IMG/VR virus record: IMGVR_UViG_3300046028_006182
Span: 12,142 to 76,141 of that record
DNA length: 64,000 bases
Reading direction: 5' to 3' (one strand)
DNA from: a virus
Shown: positions 38,784 through 48,584 of the stretch, in pieces
Layout of the letters: each line of letters starts with the position of its first letter
Position numbering within the stretch: position 1 is the stretch's first letter
Made by a program: the position numbers and the translations under genes
The notes under the pieces: model-generated
Told to the model about the DNA's origin: nothing
The model's input: the letters and a program-made list of their open reading frames with translations, nothing else
The model's database searches: none

Positions 38784-40615
38784 CAAACTTTATAAGTATA
38801 GACATTGAGGGGTTCGGCTCAGTAGTAGAGCCCATAACCTACAGTCTTAACCAGAACGCCATCTCGGTAATTACCGGAGATAATGGCGTAGGTAAGACCC
38901 GAATAACCAATGCCTTGGTATGGTGCTTGTTCGGAAAGACATTACAGAAGCTAACTAGAGTAGAACCTTATGAGTGGCTAAAGGGGAAGAACTATAAGGG
39001 TACTAGGGTAACTGTTCACTTCCAGATGGGCAATGACCACTACTCTATTGACCGCTTTAAGAATTACAAAGGGAAAGTAGGCGGGGTAAAAGGTGGAAAT
39101 AGGGTAGTTGTTTTAAAGAACAAAGTAGAGTCTAGCATTAAGAATGTTAAGACTATCAACAATGAGATAGAGGACATACTAGGCATTAAGTATGAGGTCT
39201 TTATCAATACCATAGTTTTTGGACAGAAGCTGAGTAAGATAATAACAGAGAAAGGCCCTAAGCAGAAGGAAATATTTGAGTCAGCTTTTGAGGTTAGCTA
39301 TCTAACTAAGGCTAAGGACTTAGCAAGTAAGAAAGCTACAGCTATAGGGGATGAGTATAGGGAGAAGCTCGGTAAAGCAGAAAGCCTCTCCAAATTACTA
39401 GCGAATACCCAGAGCCATCTAGAGTCAGTAACTAAGCTGAACAAAGCTATCACTAAATCCTACAACAGCAATAAGCACAGGCTTAAACAGGAGATAGCTC
39501 ACCTTAGGGAGCGAGTAAAGAGTGGGCAAGCGATAGTAAGTAAACTAGATAAAGCTATATTTAGAAGGGGTGAACTGGAAATACAGATGCACAACCTCCA
39601 AAACCATTTGCAAAAGAGGACCCGAGCTATTGAGGATGACCGACATGAGCTAGACAAGGTAAGCAAGAACTTGATATACTCCCTATCTATAAACCGAAAA
39701 GACCTAGACTACTCTAGTAATCCTGACAATAGCACTTGTAAAGTATGCGGGCAATCATTGCCCGATAAGACTGAGGAATTTAGGTTAGATAGGGTAGCTA
39801 CCTTAGAGAAAGATAGGAAGGCCCTAGAGAGAAAGCTTAAAGAAAACTCAAAGCAAATCCAGGCTTTACCAGGAACAGAGGAGATAGAGAGTATCACTTT
39901 AGAGCTATCTAAAGTTAGTAGTGAGTATCGGGAGCTAGACAAAACCATTACCATACTTGAGGTAAAGAACCCCCGTAACTTACAACCCAAGATAACTAAG
40001 AAACTCAAGGAGTTAAAGACCCTACATAATGAGGTAGAACCAATCGAGCCTATCATAGAGAAGATTACTAGACTAAAGGCTAGCAAAAAGAAAGCAGAGC
40101 GTAAAGTAGAAAAGCTAGAGAAATCTCTTGAGGTATACAAGTGGTTAGTTAATGACCCCCTATCTAACAAGGGCATAAAGAATTACATATTCCACACCAT
40201 GATGGAGCAGGTTAACTCAGAGCTATTGAAGTACGGTAACCATTGGGGCTACGGTATAAGATTTTCAATAGACCTAGAGAGTGCTAATAAGGTGTTCTAC
40301 TCGGAGATATCAACTGAGCGGGGGGTAATCAACTATGATGACCTATCCGGGGGTGAGCAGCAGGTAATAGATGTTTGCGTAGCTTTTGCCATGCACGATG
40401 TGTTTATTAAAAAGCTTAATTGCAACATCCTAATACTGGATGAGATATTTGAGCACCTAGATAAAAAGAACATATCCTTAATCGAAGAGTTAATAATGAT
40501 TAAAGCAAGGGGTAAGAACATTCACATTATAACCCACAACAAAGACTTCAAGCCGCAAGGCTCAGTTATTGTAGGCATACATAAGGATAGCCATGGTTAT
40601 ACCAAGTTAACTTGA
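38780..40615 (+). CDS. sbcC: Rad50/SbcC-like ATPase
   Basis: GDNGVGKT, CKVC zinc hook, LSGGE, ILILDE, ITH. Confidence 0.92.
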   Translation: MTNFISIDIEGFGSVVEPITYSLNQNAISVITGDNGVGKTRITNALVWCLFGKTLQKLTRVEPYEWLKGKNYKGTRVTVHFQMGNDHYSIDRFKNYKGKVGGVKGGNRVVVLKNKVESSIKNVKTINNEIEDILGIKYEVFINTIVFGQKLSKIITEKGPKQKEIFESAFEVSYLTKAKDLASKKATAIGDEYREKLGKAESLSKLLANTQSHLESVTKLNKAITKSYNSNKHRLKQEIAHLRERVKSGQAIVSKLDKAIFRRGELEIQMHNLQNHLQKRTRAIEDDRHELDKVSKNLIYSLSINRKDLDYSSNPDNSTCKVCGQSLPDKTEEFRLDRVATLEKDRKALERKLKENSKQIQALPGTEEIESITLELSKVSSEYRELDKTITILEVKNPRNLQPKITKKLKELKTLHNEVEPIEPIIEKITRLKASKKKAERKVEKLEKSLEVYKWLVNDPLSNKGIKNYIFHTMMEQVNSELLKYGNHWGYGIRFSIDLESANKVFYSEISTERGVINYDDLSGGEQQVIDVCVAFAMHDVFIKKLNCNILILDEIFEHLDKKNISLIEELIMIKARGKNIHIITHNKDFKPQGSVIVGIHKDSHGYTKLT

Positions 40616-40653
40616 AGTACTCTTAGTAATGAACAACTAAAACGGTAGTATAC

Positions 40654-41217
40654 ATGGGTACTAGGATAAACAGCAGAGCCAAGGGGGCAAAGCACGAGAA
40701 AGAAGTTGCTAAGTTACTAGAGGCTTGGACTGGTAAAGAGTTTGCTAGGGTACCCAGCTCTGGGGGGCTAAGGTGGCACAAGACAAGTAATACCACTGGA
40801 GATATAACCTGTACAACAGAGGGCCACTACTTCCCGTTTTCAGTTGAAATAAAAGCCCGTAACAAAGTAGACTTTAGCAGAATACTAATCCCTTATAATG
40901 GTAACTCTAAGGCTGAGAAAGATAAGGACTCAGAGTTTGAAACCTTCTGGCAACAGGCTATCTCTGATGCTGACCGGGCAAAGAAAGAGCCCATACTATT
41001 TGTGAGGTACAATGGCATGAAGAAAGACCTATACTTTGTAGCTATAACCAAAGACCTGTTCTATGATTACTTTAAGCAGGCTACCTCCTGTACTAAGTAT
41101 CTAGTATATGGAGATAAAGAGTTTGTAGTAATACCCTCCACTGAGCTGTTTAAAGCTAACTATAAAAAGATAAAAGCCCACATTAAAACCTTGAGAAGCC
41201 ATGGGAAGAAAAAGTGA
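40654..41217 (+). CDS. Holliday junction resolvase (PD-(D/E)xK)
   Basis: SRAKGAKHE, RVPSSGG, GDI, VEIK, WQQA. Confidence 0.8.
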   Translation: MGTRINSRAKGAKHEKEVAKLLEAWTGKEFARVPSSGGLRWHKTSNTTGDITCTTEGHYFPFSVEIKARNKVDFSRILIPYNGNSKAEKDKDSEFETFWQQAISDADRAKKEPILFVRYNGMKKDLYFVAITKDLFYDYFKQATSCTKYLVYGDKEFVVIPSTELFKANYKKIKAHIKTLRSHGKKK

Positions 41218-41938
41218 TAGGCTAGTATGGTGTATAGCTTACATCAATGCCAAGAATTTAGGGGTAATAGAGAGGGAGCTAAGGAAAGTAAAGAGCCTTG
41301 GTACTATCACAGCCTTCATTCCCACCGTTAAAATCCTTAAGAAGAACTTTAAAAATAAAGAACACTTCCAGGAAGTACCCTTACTATTTAACTATGGCTT
41401 CTTCTCGATGCCATTGTCAGTAGCTACCAATGCAGAGTCTTTAAAAATCCTAAAGGAGAAGGTAACCTGCATACATGCTTGGGTAAAGGACCCAGCAAAG
41501 GTATATGAAACTAAACCTAAGCTCCAAGAGGAGGGAGAGGGGGAAGATACGGTTAGGGTTATCCCAATGAAAGATGAGTATAGTACTCGGGTGGCTATTG
41601 CCACAGAGGAAGAGATAGCTGCTATCGTTCAAGCAGAGAGCGATACGTCTATATATTCTAAGGAAGACCTATCCCGAGTAAAGGAGGGGCAACTAATCGT
41701 ATTGCATGGTTACCCTTTTGAAGGGTTAAAAGCAAGGGTAGTAAAAATTGATAGCCTTAAGAAATCCATAACAGTAGACATCGACTCGGAGATTGACTCC
41801 GTAATGAGGAGTACCGTGGTATCTTTTGATAATGTTTTTTGGTCGGTCTACCACTCAGACACAAACATTGACGATGACGTAGCCAATACGCCGCCTAGTA
41901 AAAGAAATAAGCTAATTACTAATTACTACAATGAATAG
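41201..41938 (+). CDS. NusG-family transcription elongation/antitermination factor
   Basis: NGN: W.....AFIPT...PLLFNYGF; KOW: GQLIVLHGYPFEGLKARV. Confidence 0.8.
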   Translation: MGRKSDRLVWCIAYINAKNLGVIERELRKVKSLGTITAFIPTVKILKKNFKNKEHFQEVPLLFNYGFFSMPLSVATNAESLKILKEKVTCIHAWVKDPAKVYETKPKLQEEGEGEDTVRVIPMKDEYSTRVAIATEEEIAAIVQAESDTSIYSKEDLSRVKEGQLIVLHGYPFEGLKARVVKIDSLKKSITVDIDSEIDSVMRSTVVSFDNVFWSVYHSDTNIDDDVANTPPSKRNKLITNYYNE

Positions 41939-41940
41939 CC

Positions 41941-42870
41941 ATGGGTTTACAAGACAATCCCGCTTGGAAGTGCCTAAACTTAGATGAGCAAACAGCTATA
42001 ACGCTAAAGCATATCAGTGGCAAGTCAAGCTGGGAAATAGGAGAGATAATGGGTAAAGCCCACTACAAGATGCTGGAGATACTTCAAAGGGGTGAGGTAC
42101 TTATGAAGCTATTTACGAACTACTATAAGTACGAGGAGAATTTCCCCCCAACGGACCTGGCTATTGATAAACCCCTCTATGAATACTTGCAGGGCTGCAT
42201 AGTTGGTCGTAATATGCCGGGCTCGGTAATCAAGGGCATAGATAACCCGGTATTCCAAAAGCCATTGAGCAGAGATAAGATGATTAATAAGGCTATAGAA
42301 GTTTGGGTAAAGTCATCTAACCAAAGGCTGGTACTTCTATCCCACACTATATTAGAGTTTGACAGGTGGAATAACTACCGCATACTGCCTGAGAGTATAC
42401 AGGAGCCCTCCGGATTTAAGAGGCGAAATAAGAATGCCGAAAAGAAAAGGATAGCTAGTTGGGTAGAGATTGATAAGACTATACTTTACCACCTTGAGGA
42501 GGAGTTATCTATACAAGAGGACCATGCTTACAAAGGCATGGGCTTTTGTGTATTATTCCAGGGCTCTTTCAGCCTGGGTAAGATTAAGAGATTTACTATC
42601 AATGACCATACCATTAAAGTACTATCCTCTTACAAGATATACCTATTCCCCGAGAATAAACCTACGGAGCTATTCAAGGAGCTAGTAGAGGAGTATTTCT
42701 CGAACGGCTCTAACACTCCCCGAATAGGCCAAGATTTCTGGAAGAAGTATCGGGACCTAGTAGAGCTAGCTATAAACTATAAAGAGGTACAAGGGATAAA
42801 ACCAGAGCGGGAACAGATAACTCCTAGCTTGAACCATTCAACCCAATCTAGAGGTTACTCGAATAAATAA
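41941..42870 (+). CDS. Protein with N-terminal sigma-region-4-like HTH
   Basis: LNLDEQTAITL....GKSSWEIGEIMG. Confidence 0.55.
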   Translation: MGLQDNPAWKCLNLDEQTAITLKHISGKSSWEIGEIMGKAHYKMLEILQRGEVLMKLFTNYYKYEENFPPTDLAIDKPLYEYLQGCIVGRNMPGSVIKGIDNPVFQKPLSRDKMINKAIEVWVKSSNQRLVLLSHTILEFDRWNNYRILPESIQEPSGFKRRNKNAEKKRIASWVEIDKTILYHLEEELSIQEDHAYKGMGFCVLFQGSFSLGKIKRFTINDHTIKVLSSYKIYLFPENKPTELFKELVEEYFSNGSNTPRIGQDFWKKYRDLVELAINYKEVQGIKPEREQITPSLNHSTQSRGYSNK

Positions 42871-42937
42871 ATTGTATCGAGTGTATTTTTTTATTAAATG
42901 ATTTTGTATCTTTGTACTAACTAAAAATAATAATAGA

Positions 42938-43513
42938 GTGGCAAATCCGAAAACTAAAAAACCTAGACTCACATCAGTTGGTAATATATCACCAGCGGAG
43001 AAGGAGATGACCAAGTTTAAGTATAAAGACCTTAAGATTGCCTGCATATTAAGGGGCATGAGGTTCCGGGATGCTGTTGAAGCAGACTATCCGCGGCTAA
43101 GGTCTTTCTTTATGAACAACTATTGGGAAGACATCGACCGGGAAGCTATTAATAGGTATGATGATTGGGTAGATGGTAAATTGAAAGACCCGATACTAAA
43201 ACACCCAACCCTTAGACTGGGCTACGTAGCAAGGGAAGACGAGGAGGGTAAGTCAGTAAGAAGAAACAAGCGCCTTAAATCTATGCCTGCTGTAAAGAAG
43301 AAGAAGGCCAAGAAGAATGAAACCTTTGGTATTAGGGCTGGTACTAAAAAAGAATATACATACAAACTGGAGGCTGCGGGAAAGGATGTAGAAGAAACTA
43401 TCAAGCTGGTAATGACCCAATTTCCCGACGCATCCAACAAGTCCATCAAGATATGGTATAAGAAGGCTAAAGATGCTAGACTAAAACCTAAAACCAATGA
43501 GGATAAGGGATAA
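42938..43513 (+). CDS. Basic hypothetical protein, C-terminal HTH-like
   Basis: GTG start; upstream TATCTTTG at 42907. Confidence 0.55.
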   Translation: MANPKTKKPRLTSVGNISPAEKEMTKFKYKDLKIACILRGMRFRDAVEADYPRLRSFFMNNYWEDIDREAINRYDDWVDGKLKDPILKHPTLRLGYVAREDEEGKSVRRNKRLKSMPAVKKKKAKKNETFGIRAGTKKEYTYKLEAAGKDVEETIKLVMTQFPDASNKSIKIWYKKAKDARLKPKTNEDKG

Positions 43514-43814
43514 CAGGTATTACATAGTTAACTATGGGGACCTATCAGATATATGTTTAGTACGGCGCTCTTTCAAGAGCAAGAAGGCTGCTAAAGCTTA
43601 TCGAGAAGACTCCCCAATAAGTAAGTACCTAGAGGTTATCTCTGGTACTAAAGCTGCTAAGAAAAAACTACCCTTTAGTAGTAAAAAGGACAGTATCAAG
43701 TATACCTATCCTGAGAACATAATAACTATGCAATCCATGAAGTCCTTTAGGACTGCTAAAAGGCGAGAACGAAGAGGCTTAAAGAATACATTTGATAACA
43801 TTACAAACCAATAA
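43497..43814 (+). CDS. Basic hypothetical protein with YP...K.FR motif
   Basis: YTYPENIITMQSMKSFR. Confidence 0.55.
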   Translation: MRIRDNRYYIVNYGDLSDICLVRRSFKSKKAAKAYREDSPISKYLEVISGTKAAKKKLPFSSKKDSIKYTYPENIITMQSMKSFRTAKRRERRGLKNTFDNITNQ

Positions 43815-44079
43815 CCCAATGAAGGTAATTACCATGAAGTACCCAGCTACACTAAGTGATGTAGAGGGAGAAGAAGGCTCCATAAAGATGGACCTAACCA
43901 AAGGCGTTGAGCAGAAATCAGAGCCTGACCCCCGGTCCGAGCTAGTTATCCTAGCAGAGGTAAATAACTACAACTCAAACCAGCTAGAGCTAGCCCGGGT
44001 AATCCTGGAGTCATCTGAGCCGGGTACCGAGGTATTTATTACAAGACGTATAATATCCGGGGATGTCGAGCAGGAATAA
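43792..44079 (+). CDS. Hypothetical protein
   Basis: Coupled ORF; start probably at the internal Met. Confidence 0.45.
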   Translation: MITLQTNNPMKVITMKYPATLSDVEGEEGSIKMDLTKGVEQKSEPDPRSELVILAEVNNYNSNQLELARVILESSEPGTEVFITRRIISGDVEQE

Positions 44080-44386
44080 AGTTCTATTGAGAGCTATCAG
44101 TATATTACCCTTTGCAGGGTTATTGGTTCTGCTCTCAAGTATAGGGTATGTATTCTTTTTAGTATCAAGATACCTAACAGAGTGGGTAATCAGGCTAGAC
44201 ATATACCCTCTGAGCCCAAAAGCTGACCATAAGCCCAAATTAGTAAAGTGGCTCTATAAATGGGCTTTCCCCATTTTAAAAATCCCCTTGCTCCTATGCG
44301 CGATTATGGCCAATGCTATATCCCTCATTATCAGGTTTATCGCTAACCCCTTAAGGAAATTAGTACTCTGGGTAAAGCCCAAATAG
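44063..44386 (+). CDS. Two-TM membrane protein
   Basis: Two hydrophobic segments. Confidence 0.5.
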   Translation: MSSRNKVLLRAISILPFAGLLVLLSSIGYVFFLVSRYLTEWVIRLDIYPLSPKADHKPKLVKWLYKWAFPILKIPLLLCAIMANAISLIIRFIANPLRKLVLWVKPK

Positions 44387-44468
44387 TACCCTATTTAAGA
44401 TAACTAGAAACACCCAATACTCTTATTTTTTACATTTCATTAATTATAAACCAAAAATTTCTAAAGCC

Positions 44469-44954
44469 ATGGCTAAGAAGAAAGAAGTTAAGGCACCTGC
44501 CGTAACAGTAGTTTCCATTGAGGTTGACGCTACTCGTCAACTAGTAATCCTAACAATGAGCGATGACTCTGTGTTAGAGTTCCCATTATCTACCGCAGGA
44601 GTTACTACCTCTGCCCCTGCTAAATCTGCTAAGGCTACCCCTGCTGCCGAAGAGGAAGAGGAAGAGGAAGAGGAAGACGATGACGACGATGACGACGATG
44701 ATGACGATGACGACGACGATGACGACGATGATGACGATGACGACGACGATGACGACGACGATGATGACGATGATGACGACGATGATGAGGAAGATGACGA
44801 CGATGATGAGGAAGACCTTAGCTCAATGTCCGTTGCCGAGTTGGAGAAGAAAGCGAAAGCTGAGGGTATCCGCTACGACAAGAAAATTAAGGGCTACAAA
44901 GACCTTAAGGACAAGAAGAAGAAAGAGGCTCTTATCGAGCTAATTGAGGCATAA
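44469..44954 (+). CDS. Poly-acidic protein with C-terminal Rho-N/HeH-like domain
   Basis: 56 consecutive D/E then DLSSMSVAEL...KKEALIELI. Confidence 0.7.
   Translation: MAKKKEVKAPAVTVVSIEVDATRQLVILTMSDDSVLEFPLSTAGVTTSAPAKSAKATPAAEEEEEEEEEDDDDDDDDDDDDDDDDDDDDDDDDDDDDDDDDDDDDDEEDDDDDEEDLSSMSVAELEKKAKAEGIRYDKKIKGYKDLKDKKKKEALIELIEA
44649..44816 (+). repeat. GAN trinucleotide tract (poly-Glu/Asp)
   Basis: 56 GAA/GAG/GAC/GAT codons. Confidence 0.95.
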
Positions 44955-44977
44955 TCTCGGGCGAGATTGAGGATGGG

Positions 44978-45012
44978 AAAGGGATGCACTATTATCTAGT
45001 GCATCCCTTTTT
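44978..45012 (+). terminator. Intrinsic terminator
   Basis: GGGATGCACTA/TAGTGCATCCC plus T tract. Confidence 0.85.
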
Positions 45013-45032
45013 AATTAATAAAAGCCTGCACG

Positions 45033-45413
45033 ATGGTAAGAAAGCTATTTGAGAATGTCAAAGAGGGGGATGAGGTATACTTCCTAGACCCTAATACCTT
45101 TGAAATTAAGTCCATAAAGATTAAGACTACTACCCAAGCTATTATAGGCCAAGGCTTTGTTGATTTAGAGTATTGGCTATTGGAGCCCCCGAAGCTAGAA
45201 GTAGACTCCAGTAAGTACCCCGAAATAAAAGGCCAACGAATAAAGGATAACTTCTTATTTGAAGGTACCAACCTAGATGACCTGGGGTTAAGCAAGGTAC
45301 TAAGGTTTCAGAAGAAAGCAGAGGCTGTCGTAGTATCAACAAACCCCCCAACAGTTTATGCAACAAGTAAAGAGTTTATAGAGCTATGGATGCAGGGCAA
45401 AGTATCAATCTAG
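45033..45413 (+). CDS. Hypothetical protein
   Basis: ORF in tightly packed + strand series. Confidence 0.55.
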   Translation: MVRKLFENVKEGDEVYFLDPNTFEIKSIKIKTTTQAIIGQGFVDLEYWLLEPPKLEVDSSKYPEIKGQRIKDNFLFEGTNLDDLGLSKVLRFQKKAEAVVVSTNPPTVYATSKEFIELWMQGKVSI

Positions 45414-45646
45414 AGATTACCACGGAGGAAGCCTCGGCTCTTTACCTAGCACTAGGGGACCAGATAAACCAGTGTAATTTCTATATCTCCCATCTGAAAG
45501 ACCTAGAGGACTCTACGGAAGCTATGGATGAGGTACTAACCTTGCATGAGTTAGCAACCTCTGCCCTTTCTAAAGTTAGTCAGGCCTTAAGCAAACCCCT
45601 TACTATTCCCAAACCCGACTTCAATAAGATAAGAGATGGCAGATAG
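45386..45646 (+). CDS. Hypothetical protein
   Basis: Coupled ORF. Confidence 0.5.
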   Translation: MDAGQSINLEITTEEASALYLALGDQINQCNFYISHLKDLEDSTEAMDEVLTLHELATSALSKVSQALSKPLTIPKPDFNKIRDGR

Positions 45647-46217
45647 TAACCTATATAGGGCTAGAGTATCTTTAATTAATAGCCTTGGTCGACTAGGAGC
45701 ACCCAGCCCCAACTACCAGGTAACTGTTAAAACTCTATACCTGTCCGCTAGCTTCATAAAGACTTCTCGGCACCTGCTTAAACTCTTCTCTGAGCTCTAC
45801 GGGGTGAAGATGCTTTTAAGGGAGGTTCGCTCATTTGATTACCAAACCCCAAATGGACACAAAATCAAAGGCATTACCCTTATCGGGAGCTCCGAGGATA
45901 TAGAACTCCTAACTGTGTCAATTTATGATTTGCTTGATAGAATTGATTACCTGCTTAATTCTCTAGTAACTGAACAAACAAAACAGGAATTACTATCAGA
46001 AGTTAACTCCAAATTACTAGAGTTAGTAGAAATTAGACGCCTTAACCCTAAATCAAGGGTACTATCCCTAGATAAGCAAATAGCTATCAAAACCTTCCTA
46101 GCCTACAGTAATATCCCTATGAGCCCTAGTAGGGGAGTAAAGTATACAACTATAGAGCGTATGAGGTATTCAGACTTTACTAGTACTAAAATCCTAAAAC
46201 CTAATAAATTCATATAA
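45636..46217 (+). CDS. Hypothetical protein, weakly similar to the core of 52700-53455
   Basis: ITLIGSSEDIE vs IEILGEEHNIE. Confidence 0.5.
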   Translation: MADSNLYRARVSLINSLGRLGAPSPNYQVTVKTLYLSASFIKTSRHLLKLFSELYGVKMLLREVRSFDYQTPNGHKIKGITLIGSSEDIELLTVSIYDLLDRIDYLLNSLVTEQTKQELLSEVNSKLLELVEIRRLNPKSRVLSLDKQIAIKTFLAYSNIPMSPSRGVKYTTIERMRYSDFTSTKILKPNKFI

Positions 46218-46597
46218 TGGACTACATACTCCAAACCTTAGTAGAGCTCAGAGAAATACACACTAAGAAACTAGAGCTAAATCGCTCAATGGCTAATGGT
46301 AGTAACTCATCTAGGGAAAAGTATTACAGTAGGTTCATGGGAGTACTGAATAGTCGGGAACAGCTGCTAGAGAAAAGGCTTCTCGATTTTGGAGCTACGG
46401 GTAGAGTATGTATTGTTTCCTACAAGCTGGGGGATTTAGCTCAGTCGATGCTACTATATGAGGTACCCGATGCAGAAGTGGAGAACCTGCTAAGGATAAA
46501 GCTAAGGGCGGCTATGCAGAGTAGAATAGACCTAAAGGATATTAGTTTTATACAAATACCCCTGGGTAAAGCATTGAGTACCAATCCCTTTTTATGA
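46217..46597 (+). CDS. Hypothetical protein
   Basis: Coupled ORF (TAATG). Confidence 0.55.
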   Translation: MDYILQTLVELREIHTKKLELNRSMANGSNSSREKYYSRFMGVLNSREQLLEKRLLDFGATGRVCIVSYKLGDLAQSMLLYEVPDAEVENLLRIKLRAAMQSRIDLKDISFIQIPLGKALSTNPFL

Positions 46598-46667
46598 AAA
46601 TCTCAATTCTAGAGAATTAAAATCTCTTTATTTTTTTAATCATTTAAACATTTCAAACACCATCACC

Positions 46668-47288
46668 ATGTCAAAAAAAGACAAGAGTAGTGCCAAGAGC
46701 TCAAATGAGCTTACACTTAAAACAGCTAAAAACTACGATGAGGCTGTAAAAATCGCTGACGACGTAAAAACAGCAAAAACCACGGCTATCGAGGCCTGGA
46801 AGAATTTCCTGAAAGCTAACAAGCTAAAGAATGGCCAGCAGCCGGAAGACAAGAAGCTACAAGCAGAGTTGGAAGGTATCAATGGTAATAAAGCTGCCTT
46901 GAAAGCGCTTTACGAAAAAGCCCTTGAGCAAGTAAAGTCTTTGAAACCAGCGGCAGAACGTACTGTAAAGCACGTATATCCAAAGGGAGTTACCTCATCT
47001 AAGGATAAGAAAAACTACCGTACCACTATCCGTACTAAATGCGCGAAGCTTGGTATCGAGATCGAGGAATACTACACGGACCAGGCCAAGTATGACGCTC
47101 TAGCTGAGAAAGCAGCTCCGGCTAAGAAGGCTGAAAAGACCGAAAAGGCTGAGAAAACCGAGAAGAAGGCTGAGAAAACCGAGAAGAAGGCGGACAAAGC
47201 CGAGAAAACTGGTAAAGGCGATAAGAAATCGGACAAGAAATCGGACAAGAAAGCCGACAAGAAAAGCAAGGCCTCTAAAGAGGACTAA
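46668..47288 (+). CDS. Lys-rich histone-like protein with KAEKTE repeats and YP motif
   Basis: HVYPKGVTSSKDKKNYR; KAEKTE/KKSD repeats ~47125-47265. Confidence 0.65.
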   Translation: MSKKDKSSAKSSNELTLKTAKNYDEAVKIADDVKTAKTTAIEAWKNFLKANKLKNGQQPEDKKLQAELEGINGNKAALKALYEKALEQVKSLKPAAERTVKHVYPKGVTSSKDKKNYRTTIRTKCAKLGIEIEEYYTDQAKYDALAEKAAPAKKAEKTEKAEKTEKKAEKTEKKADKAEKTGKGDKKSDKKSDKKADKKSKASKED

Positions 47289-47328
47289 GCTAATAACTCC
47301 TTTATCTGATTACATGAAATGCCTTTAT

Positions 47329-47363
47329 AAGGGCGGCTGGCTATAGAACTGGCCGCCCTTTTT
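47329..47363 (+). terminator. Intrinsic terminator
   Basis: GGGCGGCTGG/CTGGCCGCCC plus T5. Confidence 0.8.
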
Positions 47364-47381
47364 ATTTCTAAAACCAAACCC

Positions 47382-47933
47382 ATGGCCAGGAGTAGAATGA
47401 CCAATTATAAGAACCCCGGGGAAGATGCCCACGTAGACCTTATAGAGACCCACTTAAAAGCAAAAAACCAGGAGATGTTGGTAGCTAAACTACGTACCAA
47501 TGACTTCAGGTTTTTTACAATGAATAACCATCAAAACTCAATACCCAAGGGCGTAGCTTTAAAATTGAAAAGGCATTCAGTTATGCTCAGAAAACTGAAC
47601 AATGCCGCTGAGTTAGTGGATGAGCAATACGACACCGAGCTAGCATTCGTTATCAAACTAACCCCCCCTCACAAGCCTTTTGTATATGTATACCTAAGAG
47701 GTAAGCTATACCTTAAGATACGCATGGACCATGAGCAGAAGAAGGAGATTAACTTTAAGAAGGTTAGGGCTGGCTACAAATTCCCTAAAGAAATGAGCCA
47801 TGCTGAACGAAAAGACTGGCGAGATATAAATAACCGGATTGATAACCCCCGGGCTAGGCTTAAGCCTACCCAAGAGCAAAAGGATTTCTATTTCCATTGG
47901 AAGCCCAAAATAATAATTACTATTAAAAAATAA
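47382..47933 (+). CDS. Basic hypothetical protein with FP...K.WR motif
   Basis: YKFPKEMSHAERKDWR. Confidence 0.55.
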   Translation: MARSRMTNYKNPGEDAHVDLIETHLKAKNQEMLVAKLRTNDFRFFTMNNHQNSIPKGVALKLKRHSVMLRKLNNAAELVDEQYDTELAFVIKLTPPHKPFVYVYLRGKLYLKIRMDHEQKKEINFKKVRAGYKFPKEMSHAERKDWRDINNRIDNPRARLKPTQEQKDFYFHWKPKIIITIKK

Positions 47934-47995
47934 GGTACCCCGGTGTAAATATTTTCAAATTTTTTGATTAATTTTGTTCTGTTAAATATCCGATA

Positions 47996-48340
47996 ATGAA
48001 AAGGAGAGAAATGGAGATACTCACTACCGCTTGCGAATTGAAAATCCAATCACTGGAGGAAATTGCTAACGACGACCTATTGATATACCAGATGCTGGGG
48101 GAGTTAGAGGGCGACGGCTATGATTGTGAAAAGATGGAGGTATCAAATAAAATACTACAGGAGATATCAGTATATGCTGCATTCATGGACACCTTTGATT
48201 TAACCCGATTAAGTGTTACACACACCAAGTCCTTGATTTTTGTAATTAAGAACCATGTACCCGTTAAAAAGAAAAAGAAAGCCGCTGTGCTGCTTAAATT
48301 GCAGCAGTGGAGTAAATTACCCTCACTAGTATTAAATTAA
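47996..48340 (+). CDS. Hypothetical protein
   Basis: ORF with upstream TAATTTTG element. Confidence 0.55.
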   Translation: MKRREMEILTTACELKIQSLEEIANDDLLIYQMLGELEGDGYDCEKMEVSNKILQEISVYAAFMDTFDLTRLSVTHTKSLIFVIKNHVPVKKKKKAAVLLKLQQWSKLPSLVLN

Positions 48341-48344
48341 CCCC

Positions 48345-48584
48345 ATGGCCAATAAGATTAAGAAGCCCCCAATGAACAAGGTTGAGTCCTCTAATATTTC
48401 AGAAGTAGGGCATGACGATGATAATAACCGATTGTTTATATCCTTTAAGTCAGGTAAGACCTACTACTACGAGGAGATTGCCCGATGGGTTTACAATGAT
48501 ATGATGTCATCTCCATCAATCGGTAAATACTTTCACCACGAAATAAGAAGCCTATATGGGGATGGAACCATTTACACTAATTGA
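48345..48584 (+). CDS. KTSC-domain protein
   Basis: VESSNISEVGHD...L.ISFKSGKTY.Y......Y..MM.SPSIGKYF...IR. Confidence 0.9.
   Translation: MANKIKKPPMNKVESSNISEVGHDDDNNRLFISFKSGKTYYYEEIARWVYNDMMSSPSIGKYFHHEIRSLYGDGTIYTN

Noticed and set aside
44680-44943. 87-aa Met/Thr-repeat ORF
   Set aside because: Alternate-frame shadow of the GAY poly-Asp tract
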